Below the pieces are notes generated by a model. The model was given only the letters and a program-made list of their open reading frames with translations. It searched no databases and had not been told where the DNA came from. DNA of 64,000 nucleotides, taken from NCBI GenBank assembly GCA_964016885.1, contig OZ024741.1, forward strand, positions 207,266,001 through 207,330,000, written 5' to 3'. Both the position numbers and the translations under genes were made by a program. Each line of letters begins with the position of its first letter. Position 1 is the stretch's first letter. This document shows, piece after piece, positions 25,251 through 39,079 of this stretch. This DNA comes from Eledone cirrhosa. Taxonomy: Eukaryota.

Positions 25251-28200
25251 GTCAATGGTAACGATTGAGGACCAAATAAATTGAATTAACCGATATAAAA
25301 GACACAGAAGCGAAAACCAACCAAACAGTGAGTGTGTTCTGTTATTAATTCTGGCAATATTATTACACAAATATGACCCTCCCCAAGTATAACAATATTT
25401 GTTTCGACACACGATTTCATATAAAAAAAACCTCGCAAAACTAATTCTTCGCCGTTATGTGTCAAGCTGAAAGGTTATTGTGTCAAGCTGAAAGATTATT
25501 GTGTCAAGCTGAAAGGTTATTGAAAGACACTGTTTTCTGTAATATAAAAACTACAATAACAACAGAACAAATCCGCTTCTTAAAACACTGTGTTTCCTTG
25601 AAAATATACACAACAAACATATCAAAACAAGTAAATAATTTATTATTAAACAAAATACAAGCTGAACGACTAAAACACACAATAACAGTCAATATGAAAA
25701 GAACAACAGACACAAAAGTTAAAGAACTTTACAGACAGAAACGCATTAACGGTAAGGAAGTTCGAAATCTCACCACACCAAACGAGAAGGATGAACTCAT
25801 GAGCGTCATTCGACGTGAAACGAAATACGCCCGAAACGAGTGCAATAGGCATTTTAATAAGAAATTAGAATGGTTGAATAAGAAAAAACTAGAAGAAAGA
25901 AAAATAGAATATTCACAAAAATACCCAGATAACATCAACAATATCCGTATGACTGACGTAGCACTACCGAAAGAATTTACCAATGACCACACAGTAAATA
26001 TTTATGGGAACACTTTAATCAGTGAACAAGAACAACAAATCCTGCAGCTACCACCAAAATTTTCTATCTACAAAAAGATTAATCCTATTGAGTGCAAAAC
26101 GGAGCTGGAAAAGTGTTTCACAAAAATACGTTGGAATGCAAAAGTAAACAACAACAATAATAATAACGATAGTAGTAATATAAACAATAACTCTGAGTAT
26201 AGAAATAACAGCTATAATAGTAATGGTCATAACAATAACAATAGCTGGAGAGTGAGAAATAGTAATAATAATAATGGTAATAATACGAGTAACAACAACA
26301 ACAACCACAGTGGTAATAATAGAAATAATACATGTAGCAACATTAATGATAGAGACAACAAAAACAAAAACAAGAAACATAATAAAAGTAACAACCACAA
26401 TGGTAAAAATAACAATAACAACAACAATAACGGTGGAGAAAACAACAACAATACATCTAACAATCACAGCAACATTACATCTGGCAATCATAACAATAAT
26501 AATGATGTGAATGGTAGGAACAACAACAACCATAATAACAATAATAGCAACACACACAACTATGACGATAGATATGACAAACCCTTAGAGAAACTATTCT
26601 TCAATCCAGCTGACAAAACATATAAGATGGGTAATATCTATCCTACGAGGTTATCCTTTAATAAAAGGGTTTGTATACCACAACAAATAGATGACGAAAC
26701 AGAAGCACGGTTCACCATAGCTAGAAATAAGATTATACAAATAGTAGACCGGTATACTAAGAGACAAAGTAGACCAGAGGTCCAACAACTTGGGAGGTAA
26801 CCTGTAGAAGGCTTGGTTAGCCTCAAGCAGCGCACAAGGGATGGTGAGGTAGGATGTCAATAGACAGCATGCCGAACTACATCAAGGCTATGCAACCCCA
26901 TATCACCAACACGAGCGAAATTACACAGCAAATACATGAGGGGAGAGAGAAAATCCTCAACGCTCACATGATGATGTGGACCGACATCCTAACGCCAAGC
27001 AGACGCACTGCCAACAACTTCCAGGCATCTAACAATGGCATACCACCCTTGTATGGGCTCTGCAAAGACCATAAGATAGTCGACGACCCGACAACAGGAC
27101 CACCAACAAGACCTGTATGCTGAGCCAATATAGCTAGTAACTGCAGGATCTCCAACTTCCTCTCATTGGTTATACGCCCCATAATCAAGATGTCCCCAGA
27201 TGTATGTGACAGTACAGAGGACCTCCTCAGCAGAATCAGTGAGTGCAACAAAAACAAAAACCTATCCAGCTGCATAATAGGCAGTATGGATGTGGTATCA
27301 CTGTACCCATCCATTAACATTGATTTTGCTGTGGAAACATGTGTGGAGATGATCATTGAGAGTGACGTGGAGTTCTGCGACGTCGACACAGACGAACTTG
27401 GCCTCCTACTTAGACTTACCTACGACACTGACTACCTAGACAGCCATGACCTTAGACGTTTCTGCCCTAGTAGACCATAAGAGGTGGCAAAAAATACTCC
27501 CATGGGAAGGTGGATTGGGTGGACCAAAGCTATACGGACCCCCCAAAACAATGATCAGGTAAGAAAAATGGTCGCACATGCTATAGGGGCTAGTATCAAA
27601 ACTACCCTATAGGGCCACATATTCAAGTTCAACGAGAAGATCTACACCCAAAATGTGGGAGCAGCCATTGGCGTCAGCATAGCTGGTGACGTTGTCAACC
27701 TTTTTATGGTATGGTGGGAAAGGAGACCCAAAGATCTCATTGATGAGAGCTCCATAGACCTCATCATGTATCTCGTTACGTAGACGACATCAATATAGTA
27801 ATAAGGACATCCCCACAAGAGAGTACTAACAAGTTTAATTTAGAACGTAGCACAATGGAAAGCATCCAGCAGATAGATAATTCCATACACAAGAGTATAA
27901 CTGTACCTATCGACTACCCTTCCAAACACCCTAACAATAGACTACCTGTTTTAGACACGGAACTCTGGATTAACACTATAGACGAGAGAGCCCAAATTCT
28001 CCATTCACACTACGCTAAACCCATGGCCTCCAAATACCTGATACTAAAAAATCAGCAATGTCCAGTAGTGCTAAGTTTAATATTCTGATCGCAGACTTGG
28101 TACGAGTGATGAAGAACGTGTCCCGCATGTGCGACCCAACAGAAATGGAAAGACACAACCAACACTTCATCAACCGCATGCAGTTCTCTGGCTACAACGA

Positions 28201-29473
28201 ACGGGACAGAATCAGAGTACATGAAGGAGCCACGGAGAAATATAAGACCCTCTTAGAACTGGACATTATACAGGAGCAAATCATGGAACAGCTTAGATAG
28301 GACTAGACTTAAGATAGGGAAAGTCACCTCATGGTAAGACAACCAGAGATACCAGAGTGTCATGTTTGTGGACGCTACTCCTGGAGGTAAATAAGCTAAC
28401 CAGTGTAGAAAGGCCCTGAGAAAGACCCACTTAAAGATTAAGGTGGCAGAAAAGCCAGGAACCACCATAAAATCCCTGATCAGCAAAACCTACCCTTTTA
28501 AGAAAACCCACTTTACTAATGTTTTTGTCTTTACTGTTTTTGTCTATATTATATCTGTATTTTTGACCGTTGGTCAGTCAATGTTAAGTTATATGTAAAG
28601 TAAACCCCGGATAAACTGTAAGACTAGAAACGTAGTCCATAGCATAAGATGTACAGAGCGTACTTGCAGAAACATGACAACAACATACATAGGCGAGACA
28701 GCACGTAGCATATGTGAAAGGATAGACCAACACGGGGGAGAACTAAAAGGACGAAAAAACGGTTCAGTACTATACGAATATGCCAGACAACAACACGACG
28801 GTAACATAGACAACATAGAAATTAAAATAATATCTAAACATAGAAATGACCCAGCAGAAAGGCAAATCAGAGAGGCCAGCGAAATAGAACTTAGAAGGTC
28901 AAGGCTAAACAGAAAAAATGAATGGAATAACAACAACACCCAAACAAACAATACTGACCTAAGAGAAGTACAAATAAATAAATAAATAAATACATACACA
29001 AGCACAATAACAACAAACACATATAAACACACACTAGTAAACTACGATAGAATACAATAACCAATACACAGTCACCCAAACACTATACACACACGCAAAC
29101 GCATGCGCAGAGAAGAAGACAAAAATAAATAAACAGACTAAATAAAGATGGCGTAGGCATACAATACAACAGGAGGAAACATAATAGCACCACTGACGAT
29201 GTTGCAGATGTGCAACGAAAGAACTTTGTTAGACTATATATATCTGTTTTTGTCTATATTATATCTGTATTTTTTACCGTTGGTCAGTCAATGTTAAATA
29301 TTGAGGACCGAATAAATTAAATTAACCGATATAAAAGACACAGAAGCGAAAACCAACCAAACAGTGAGTGTGTTCTTTTATTAATTCTGGCAATATTATT
29401 ACACAAATATTACCCTCCCCAAGTATAACAATATTTGTTTCGACACACGATTTCATATCAAAAAACCTCACAA

Positions 29474-29477
<4 letters not shown>
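25251..29477 (+). mobile_element. PLE family A, near full length, with direct pLTRs (25251-25442 / 29287-29477)
   Basis: ORF pieces 25457-26800, 26854-27480, 27855-28300 and 28674-28985 carry RT and GIY-YIG motifs. About 190-bp terminal direct repeat; ends in (TA)n. Confidence 0.93.
29190..29229 (+). ncRNA. HHR-like motif in the family A pLTR
   Basis: CA-CTGACGA-TGTTGCAgatgTGCAAC-GAAAG-AA-CTT^TG. Confidence 0.55.
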
Positions 29478-29516
<39 letters not shown>

Positions 29517-29879
29517 ACTAAAACCTGTTGAAAAAGTGGCTTCCTTGTTCAATCATCTTACCAGAAGCCTAAAATTATTTGTGTAAGCGGACAGTACTTG
29601 ATTTAGGAGTCGCAGAAAACCAAATGCTGGATTTTACCAACCATCCAGGGGTCCGGGTAAATTTTCAATCACATATATTTTTATTTGTTTGACCCGAATT
29701 ATTTGGTCGTTTTTATGGCTGTGCGGATGATTGTTTAGCCATCGTCTCAGTGTGTTTAGCGTATCTTGTAGCTCTGGTTCATCTGAATCACTGAGCGCTT
29801 GCCACAAACCTCGGAAGTTGTTTTTCGTTAATTCCTAAGCCGAAATACGATTCTCGCTAATTTATATTTATATATATAT

Positions 29880-30055
29880 AGTAATAATAATAAATGTGAA
29901 GACTAAAATCCAAAGAGGGCTCGATAAGGATAAATATATATCAGATATATAAGAACCGTAGAGCAGATATTTATTAAAATAACAGATTAAAGTTTAAGCA
30001 AAGAATGGCTGATTTCACCCTTAACCGTTAAGGTTAACCGTTATTTTAATATATA
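29880..30055 (-). mobile_element. Family F short copy, truncated in HHR stem II, with a tiny inverted remnant
   Basis: Matches 19960-20102, stops at tttcacccttaacc, followed by filler, gttattttaat and (TA)n. Confidence 0.75.
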
Positions 30056-30559
30056 TATATATATATAGGGATTTGAAAAATGCAATCACTGACTTTTGAC
30101 TATTGAGAAGGTTTCTGCATTCACGTGCCAAGTAACTTGATTATCTTTGTATTTTTTTAACATTAACCTGTTTCAATTGTGTTTACAGCCTTTTCAAAAG
30201 ATTTTCGCTCGAAAGATGTTTTTAATTTATGTTTAGTTCCCGTGGTTGGTCGCTTATATCCTTGTTGAACAGAAAGGATGCAACTGGTTTTATTTTTGTC
30301 GCTTATATCAAGGATAATATGGTTCATTGCATGGGACATAATTCAGGGTTTTCTTTTTCATTTTATGTGTGCGAAAAGTTAGTTTTGGTTGAAATTTAGT
30401 TATGAAAAAACTTTCCTTATTAATACGTTTTTCTTGAGTGAAAATTTCACTACACTGGTGGAATGGGAAGACATCGAAATTTGCCAGAATTCGTCCTCCA
30501 TATACCTCTATGTGTTGGGATCTTTCTGGTGTGTAGGTCGCTGATTTGTTGATGGTGAA

Positions 30560-30830
30560 TTGTCATTGATGCATCCGTTGTTAACCCGCGCGAAGGACGA
30601 TGTGGTCTGAGGCTTTTTCCGGACTCCACCAAGGGTGCGTACTGTCACCTCTCCTGTTCTTTATTTCCATGGACAGGTTGGACATGCTCAGCCGGGTTGG
30701 AAGTAGTATCACGACTGGCAGGTGTAAAATCTGTCGGCTGGAATTTGCAGACGACATGGTGTTAGTTAACTCGACAGAAAGTGATCTCCGACTTGCACTT
30801 GATATGTTTGATGCCGAGTGCTGCATTTCT
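30560..30830 (+). mobile_element. Non-LTR (RTE-like) RT fragment
   Basis: GLHQGCVLSPLLFFISMDR, LEFADDMVLV..ESDLRLAL..F..EC. Confidence 0.8.
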
Positions 30831-31356
30831 GGTCCATCAGGGGTCAGAGTGTCTGGCAATATAGTCAAACACTGTCCTTGGAGTATTAAGACAAAACAAA
30901 ACAAAACTTACATTTATGGAATTATGTGTACAACATTTAAGTCATAACAGTATGTGACGAAGAAGACCAGTTATCCCTAGAGACGAAAACACAAACAGAA
31001 AGTGGCATGTACAGAGGAAAAATATTGGCTGGCCGTCACTACTAAATGGTGCGGAAGACACCGAGACAAAAGAACGAGACTATAGTCACATGATAGAAGT
31101 TATATCGTGGTAAATAGACAATTTAACAAAGGAAGTGGAGTGGGGATGCATGCATCAGATAAATTATTGCAATATTGGCTGCATATACAAAACTCCATGG
31201 TTATCGGCAGGTCACATTTATTCGTCTCTGTGTCTAAATATAATATCGTTGAGCATGTGAACTTTCTTTTGTCAACGCATTTGTGAGAAACACGCATACA
31301 GGCACTCACACATACAGAGATACACATACAGACACACACACACGCGCATACACATA

Positions 31357-31410
<54 letters not shown>

Positions 31411-31411
<1 letters not shown>

Positions 31412-31609
31412 CGAAGAAAGTGTGGTTAGGAACCAGGTGGACCATAACGTACCAGAGTACTCGATACGTAGAGTATTAGAGTGGGTAATAGGAAAAGAGT
31501 CAGGTCCCCTACGGCTGAGCTCCGGCCGTTTCGACAGCTAGATCTTGCTGTCTAGCAGATCTAGCTGTCGAAACGGCCGGAGCTCAGCTCTCGAGATCCT
31601 GACTCTTTT

Positions 31610-31614
<5 letters not shown>
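31411..31614 (-). mobile_element. Fold-back pLTR fragment related to 52677-52870
   Basis: Palindrome centred near 31550, with a tail on the left only and (TA)n on both sides. Keeps the HHR 3' half GAAA-CGGC-CGGAGCTCA-GCCG-TA^GGGG. Confidence 0.8.
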
Positions 31615-31658
<44 letters not shown>

Positions 31659-32943
31659 AGGGTTGACGGACCCACCATATTTATCAATGCCAGTACCGGT
31701 TGTATCTCACCGCACTCCATGGGCAATGTAAGATACATTCCCAGAGTATACACAAAGTTATTTGCTTCAACACAATACACGTAAAACTGGTGCCTATAAG
31801 GTTCCCGGACTCGAGTTTCTGCCACACTAATGCAGCAGTAAGGTGCATTGCACCATCTGTCTGCATATATTATGCAACAATGCACAATCGGCTTATGCGG
31901 CTTCATTAGCGGGTATCGCCTGATCAATAACCAATCGATCGACAGAATCCTAAGACCAGTCTATGCCGGCCATGATTCTTTGTAATGACTGACACGGTAA
32001 AGCTATTAGCAACTGGCACCCGATAGGACTCTATCTCTCAACTAGCCACTGATTTACAAATTTTACGTGGGGACGGGAAGCTAAAATGAATCAATCTTTT
32101 AGTTCCTGTCAGAAGCACTCAGCCAACGTGACTCACACACAAATTATCAAGGGGTGTAAAGATGGCCATTAGAAATAGCAGTTCACATTGATATAAAATA
32201 GAATGGTAGCATTCGGTTCATGTCTCCAATCCCCATGGCTAGAGGAAAGCGATGGTAACAATGGTAGTGCCAAGAACCTTTAACGGATATATATATATAT
32301 ATATAATAGAAAAAAACGAGGAGGTTTCGTTTACATATGAAAAATAATTATTGTATATCAACTTGGTACGCGCGCGTTTCTCAGAGGATTGACTCGAGGT
32401 GACCCATAGGAGTTATGGACCCGACTCCGGTATCGATCTGCTTCTTAGACTGGTGATGCGACAAAACATATATTTTTGTTGTGGTATGTGGACCGAGAAA
32501 GTATATATATAGGCATTGGCCCTATTTTTGTGTATATTTTGGTGGGGCAGCAATGCGGGTGTGTATTCACTGGTATTCATGTGCGTATTTAAGTGAGCGC
32601 TCGAGCAATTAAGGATTGTGTGTGGGGGCGCGTTTTAGAATGTGTATTGGTCACCTACCTCGATAGACCTGACTCTGCACCCAACCATCGGACGAACAAC
32701 AACCAGCCAAACCAAGCCATATACCTTCCAATACCCCGCACCACTCAGCTGCCAGACACCAACGCCTCCCTTTATATATATATATGGAGGTGTGTTTATA
32801 TATGTATATATGTATATATGTATATATGTATATATGTATATATGTATATATGTATATATATGCGATCGGTGCTTTGAGAAAACAACACCAATCTTCACCA
32901 CTGAGCATATCAAAAAAGTCGTTTTTCTGTTTTTTCTGTTCAA

Positions 32944-33012
32944 ATTCTATATGTCTGATGAGGTCATAGATTTTGCATAATGGTTATCACCGAAATATGT
33001 ATAACGGCGAAT
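32944..33012 (+). ncRNA. Type I HHR in a short (TA)n-flanked pLTR fragment (about 32862-33058)
   Basis: ..TGT-CTGATGA-GGT..ACC-GAAA-T-ATGT-A-TA^-ACG..; stem I imperfect. Confidence 0.65.
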
Positions 33013-33057
33013 ATGGATAAACGGAGTTAATTTTAACCTGTTAACTTACGCTTCTTT

Positions 33058-33213
33058 ATTATATATATATAGACATATATATATATAATATATATATAGA
33101 CATATATATATATATAATATATATATAGACATATATATATATAATATATATATAGACATATATATATATAATATATATATAGACATATATATATATAATA
33201 TATATAATATATA
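33058..33213. repeat. About 26-bp TA-derived minisatellite (TATATATATAGACATATATATATATAA-like)
   Basis: Tandem units directly visible. Confidence 0.9.
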
Positions 33214-33214
33214 T

Positions 33215-33755
33215 GGGATAACAAATTATCGTTAGGTGATCCAGTTAGAGGTAATCCAATTAGAGTACTCCGCGTCGTGGATAGTTTTAACGTACGGCTT
33301 TGTTTGACTCAACAAGATGTTGCCATAGTTATGCAGCGAGTTTGTGGTAATGTCTATGCAGGTTATACTTGGAGTAATAATAGTTAAAGAAAGAAGAGTA
33401 ACATGGTTGGCTGTATATTGAAAGTACTGACAATTGTTTCGTTGATCAGGTGTGTCTAGAGTTCGCTAATCGCTTGCGTCAATCGATCTCCCATACATTG
33501 TTTACCACTGGTCAACACATCAGAGTACGTAGATATGAAAATAGTTCACTCGAGGCAAGACTTATATAGAAAAGTAGCGTAACAGCAAAACAATAACATC
33601 AATAATAAAATAGCGTATAATTAAAACAATAACATCAATAGTAAAACATGTATGGTAAATAGATAGAGAAGTTACAGATGTAAAAAGTAAAATATAAGAT
33701 AGGGTACATTAAAAAGTAATAATAATAAGAAGAAAATGAGGAAATGGAGAATACA

Positions 33756-33786
<31 letters not shown>

Positions 33787-34402
33787 TTGAGAGAGTGTAC
33801 GTAGAATTAGATTTTAGTAGTTTTTGGTGCTAACATGAGAAACCAGATTTGAGATGTAGATAAATTTGTGTGGAGAGTCCGATAAAGGAAAGACAATAAA
33901 TTAGAGATTAATTAATGTATGATATTTATGGGCTGACGGGGCGTTTGATAAACGTTTGCTGGTTGTTCTATCTTAATGAGGTTGATGGAGAGAAGGTGGA
34001 AGAAGTGTACAGAGATTTATGGTCCAGTGATCAGTTGGCAGTTTGATAGCTAATAGTGGTGCGATAGTGTGTTTTCTATATGTTAAAATCTAGGTGGTTC
34101 AGTACTAATTTTGGGATTGCTGGTTCAAATCATGGTGGTTTGAAGTTCGTAAATCTAGTAGCTATTTTATGCCTACAGAAAATGGATTTTTCTATTTTAC
34201 TGTTAAGCAGCATCCTATAGTGCCTTAAAATATGTACCAGTTCTAAATTACAGAACCCGCAGTGGGACATACCGTTGCTGTAGGCTTTTGCAGTCGATAG
34301 TTTCAACCAGCTAATCTTATATTCTAGGTTTTTGTCCTTAAGCTGCCAGATTTTATTGGCGAGCGTTGTAGAATTCTCCAGTGCGCGGTTCCTCACGGAG
34401 TG

Positions 34403-34433
<31 letters not shown>

Positions 34434-34472
34434 TGTATTCTCCATTTCCTCATTTTCTTCTTCTTCTTCTTC

Positions 34473-34567
<95 letters not shown>

Positions 34568-34770
34568 TAATGTACCTTATCTTATATTTTACTTTTTTAC
34601 ATCTGTAACTTCTCTATCTATTTACCATACATGGTAAATTGATGTTATTATTTTAATTATACGCTATTTTATTATTGATGTTATTGTTTTGGTGTTATGC
34701 TACTTTTCGATATAAGTCTTGCCTCCAGTGAACTATTTTCATATCTACGTGCTCTGATGTCGTATCTATG
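33215..34770 (-). mobile_element. PLE family C, 5'-truncated (GIY-YIG end 34130-34400), with inverted pLTR piece 34402-34760 containing a (TTA)n expansion
   Basis: LANKIWQLKDK..CGFCNLE..IFCRHK. 34402-34760 is the reverse complement of about 33518-33787. Confidence 0.85.
33424..33528 (-). ncRNA. Type I HHR with long stem II, core CTGATGT
   Basis: GTACT-CTGATGT-GTTGACCAG(~60 nt)CTGATCAAC-GAAA-C-AATT-G-TC^-AGTAC. Confidence 0.75.
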
Positions 34771-35225
34771 TATCCAGAATAGAAAAAACAGAGTAAGTGT
34801 AAATAAAAATTCAGACTTGTTTTAATATATATATGTAGACATGTAAATTGACTAAATGTACGTATTTTTCCATGAATTGAAAAAGTGATAAATACCTGAA
34901 ATCGATGTTCGATCCTAGATGGGTTCCTCAACAGTTGGGGCTTATATAACCTGTCACTTATTTATCATCAGTTTTACCAGGTAGTAGTGATATTCAGAAG
35001 GAATAACAGCTACACGAACCAATTATTCTCAAGATATACAAGCTGATTACACAATACTTGTCTGACAAGAAATACAGAAACGCCGTTACATAAACGCAGT
35101 TACATTAAGTTAAAACATATCATACCATTACATACAGACATGCATACATACATGCGTGCCTACATGTATATATACATACACATGCACACACATGCACACA
35201 TACACTCACATGCACACACACACAG

Positions 35226-35272
<47 letters not shown>

Positions 35273-36360
35273 CAGAGGGATAAAGAGAGGAGGGAGAGAG
35301 AGAGAGAGAAAGAATATGGTTAGATAGAAACTTGTATTGAGAGGCACGCACATAGAAGCTATTTCTTTAAGTTTAATTACATACCACCACTTGTACATAC
35401 TGCATATATATGTGTGTCGGTGTGTCGGTGTGTCGGTGTGTCGGTGTGTCGGTGTGTCTGTGTGTGTGTGTATATACAAATTTATACCTTATATCTTATA
35501 AATATATGTGTATAAGAAATAAACGCTAAGACAAAAGTTACATAATCTTAAATTCGAATATGTATTCAAATGAGTGGACAGATTGTGCTATTTTCCATAA
35601 ATCTTGTTACTAAATTTTACTTGTTTGCCACTTCGAAAGCTGTAGATGAAATTTCATAAGAATTTTAGTTTGTATTTTTCACATCTTAAAACTTAATGTT
35701 TGTCTTATACTGCTCATCGAGTTATATCTCGCGGCGTATGAGTGTGCCGCCACGAACGGTTTGGTAACCATTAACTTAAGGATAAGCCACAAACTGACAA
35801 ATGTTTGTCAGCTCAAATAACAGGGACGCCACGGTATAGCTATTGTCACGACAGTAAAAACGTTCTTTATTCTTAGAGAGCCTTTGTACAGTTGTTTGGC
35901 CTACTAGAAATAGCAAGTAAAACCCCCTCCCTCAAATCCCACCTTACCATCATAATTCAAAGAATAAAACATTGTACAATGGTACAAAGAAAAAAGACGG
36001 GATGCAGTGGTTGGTTTGAACAAGACTGACCTTAGGCTACACAACAACAACGACAACTAAATAACTTCAACAACAACAACGACAACAACGTTGACGAAAA
36101 CAAAAACAGTAACAAACCAAACAAATCAATAAATGATTGGTTCTCTGTTTTAATGAGATTCCATATCTTCTATAATTAAGACATACCAATACTGATCTTC
36201 AATTAAAACATCCCAATATCGATCAGTTCCAGGTGTTTCTCTTAATTAACCCATAATCGATACATACTTTTGTTCATGTTTAGTTTCAAAACTTAACCAT
36301 CTCGTACATGATATATATAATATGATATAGAGTAATCCATTATAACATCTCTTTTTATAT

Positions 36361-36396
<36 letters not shown>

Positions 36397-36421
36397 GTAT
36401 ATATATGTATATATATATATA

Positions 36422-36477
<56 letters not shown>

Positions 36478-36597
36478 CGTAATGTGTATGTATGTATATA
36501 TATGTATGTTTGGGTGTGTACACATGCATATATCAAAATATACATATGATACTGTATATATTATATAGTATATACATATATATATATATATATATAT

Positions 36598-36864
36598 AAA
36601 GTATGTCTTAAGCCAGAAGGCTCATTTGGCCAGTGCTTATCCAGGTTTCATGGCGTGAAGCGACTGAGAGTACAAGACTCCCCCTGGACAGGACGCCAGT
36701 CCATCGCAGGGTTAAACCTCCAGCTGTTGCTGGTACTCATTTCCAGCTGAGTATAGTGGAGCAACGTGAAATGAAGTGTCTTGCTCAAGAACACAACACG
36801 CAACCCAAGAATCGAACCCACGACATTATGATCGTAAGTCCAACACTCTTACCACTAGGCCACG
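36598..36864 (-). mobile_element. tRNA-derived SINE with CORE-like and V-like central blocks
   Basis: Minus strand: A box TGGCCTAGTGG, B box GGTTCGATTC, then gtgttcttgagcaagacactt and ccctgcgatggactggcgtcctgtccagggg. (TA)n on both sides. Confidence 0.8.
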
Positions 36865-36920
36865 TGTATATATATATATATATGAGTCTGTGTGTATGTG
36901 TGAGTGTATGAGTGTGAGTA

Positions 36921-37012
<92 letters not shown>

Positions 37013-37144
37013 CGTAAGTGTGTGTAATCAATGAAAATAGTTTTGTTTGTATTAAGTTTCAAAATGTAACACATCATACACTACACATACGCACACACAC
37101 ATATATGTTATATGCATATTTAAATAAATATTTTATTCTTGCAT

Positions 37145-38398
37145 TTACGAGGAACACTCAAGAGGTTTTGCGACTTTTATCAGAGAGATCAACACAAAAC
37201 TCTAGTTCCCCTCATTTTAGGATCTGCCAACTTTAATGCACTGGTTTTAACGCTCCAACCACTTCTGGAAATCATCCAAAGTGAAGGTGTTCAGGGTACT
37301 TGTCACAGCCTCCTTTATCCCTTCCACATTCTCAAAGCAGATACCCCTGAGCCTCTCTTTCAGCTTCTGAAAATCCAGAAGTCGATTGGGGCTAAGTCTG
37401 GACTGTAGGGAGGTTGAGGGACAGTCTTGATGCCCATATCGGCCAAGTAGTTCGTCATCAGGATGGATTTGTAGCAAGGGCATTGTCCTGGTGCATGTGC
37501 CACTGACCAGACTTGAAGAGTTCTGGTGTCTTGCAAATTAATCTCTTTCCGAGCTGCATCAAAACCTCTACATAGTACTTTTCCTGATGTAGATGATGCC
37601 TTTGCGGTCGAAGAATGGGATCATAATGAACTTCCCAGTGGATCTTTGCTTGACCTTCTTGGGTCTTGAGGAGTCAGACTATTTCCTCTGCCCACTCTGT
37701 CTCTTGGTCTCTGGAGCATAACAATAGACCCAACTCTCGTCACAGGTTACCAGAGACTCAAGGAGACTTGGAGTCCAAGCGATTCACACGACCATCTCCC
37801 CGCTGTCATCAACACACCTCTGCCTTTGATCTTCATTGAACACCCTGGGAACAAACTGTGCACAAACTTTGCGCATGTTCAGATTGTCATGAATGACTGT
37901 GCACAGAGTCCTCAGATACTTCAAATTGTTTAGCAATCGTCAGAAGAGGTGCATGAGGGCCCTCGTCCATAAATTTTGTCGACCAGCTTTTGCGTCTTGA
38001 TGTCCCTCTCCCTGTCACACCTTTCGTTGTCCCTCATCTGTTCCCTGCCCTCCTGGAACCTCTTGTGCCGGCTCATGAAAGTTAGTCCGCAAGCACTTTT
38101 GACTATTTTATAGGTTTATGCAGCGTTTTTGCCGAGCTTGACACAAAACTTTATTGCGTATCAAGCCTCCAAGTTATCCTCACGCCCCAACTGCATTGTG
38201 GAACCAGTCCGCTGTGGCAAGACGTGTATGATGGGTAGTGTTTAAAGTGATGTAGTGCCCCGAACCTTCAACCTAGAAAAGAAAGATTTGGCATGTTAGC
38301 TTATTATAACAATATCAAGGGTGTATTAGAGTGAGAGTTATGAGGTCAATTAAAAGTGCCCCAAAAGAAAAATATCAAAACTTCTTGAGTGTACATAC
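37145..38398 (-). mobile_element. Mariner remnant with TIRs
   Basis: TIR cores ACACTCAAGAGGTTTTG (about 37153-37170) and CAAAACTTCTTGAGTGT (about 38377-38393). Minus-strand fragments LHQDNA, LQSRLSP..KLKERLRGICFENVEGIKEAV, LVTCDESWVY. Confidence 0.85.
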
Positions 38399-39079
38399 AA
38401 CACTCATACACACGCATACACACACAGACACACATTGCCGAAACCAAAAGCATCGCCATTGTGAGCTTCATTTCTCCGTAGAAATGATATGAACTTTCGG
38501 TTGTTTGTTCTTAGGATGGCCAGATGAGGAGATCCTTAGAATTGTTCTCTGAAATGATAAGTGAAACGACACATTACATTTTAAAATAAATATCCTTTAG
38601 ATATTGTTAGAGTTCAAAATATCCACCATCATTGAGTATATATATTTAAAGCATGATGCCATTCTGTAGTATTAGGATTATGTTTTTATTCTGGTTTTCC
38701 TTCATACCCCAAACCCCGTTCGTTATCCCAAGCTGTGCGGTTTCTTCAAAAGGAAGGTTTACTTGACTAAACTGTTGTCTTTAACATAACATTGAAGTAG
38801 TTGCTATTTTTTTAAATTTCATTAAAAAAAATTACAATATAATATTTTTCCATCGACAACAATATAATGAATGCATCAGGCTTCTGAATGTCCTTTTACA
38901 AATTTATTCTATCACATTAAAAATAAAATTATGGATATTGAATATTTTCACAATGACGCATTATATTTTATATAATTGGGTATAGATTTATAGCTGGAGC
39001 TAGTAAGTGCACAAATAACCAAGTAGCTATTTTGGTTAACGAAAGCTTTAGCAGTAGATAAAGAGTCTGTTGATAGATA

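Noticed and set aside
25457-25520. MCQAERLL x3 as a protein repeat or true start
   Set aside because: A 21-bp triplication next to the pLTR, most likely junction filler; cannot be verified as the native start.
27121-27123. In-frame TGA in the family A RT as selenocysteine
   Set aside because: The sister copy has GGA (Gly); a simple nonsense mutation.
31538-31927. Cys-rich minus-strand ORFs vaguely like a GIY-YIG start
   Set aside because: No YIG/YVG motif in a consistent frame.
32360-32455. Minus-strand GAAAC-GCGCGC-GTA with a long upstream stem
   Set aside because: The core reads CTAAGAA and stem I does not pair; possibly a dead HHR, not called.
36790-36864. tRNA gene
   Set aside because: A/B boxes continue into a SINE body; no complete cloverleaf.
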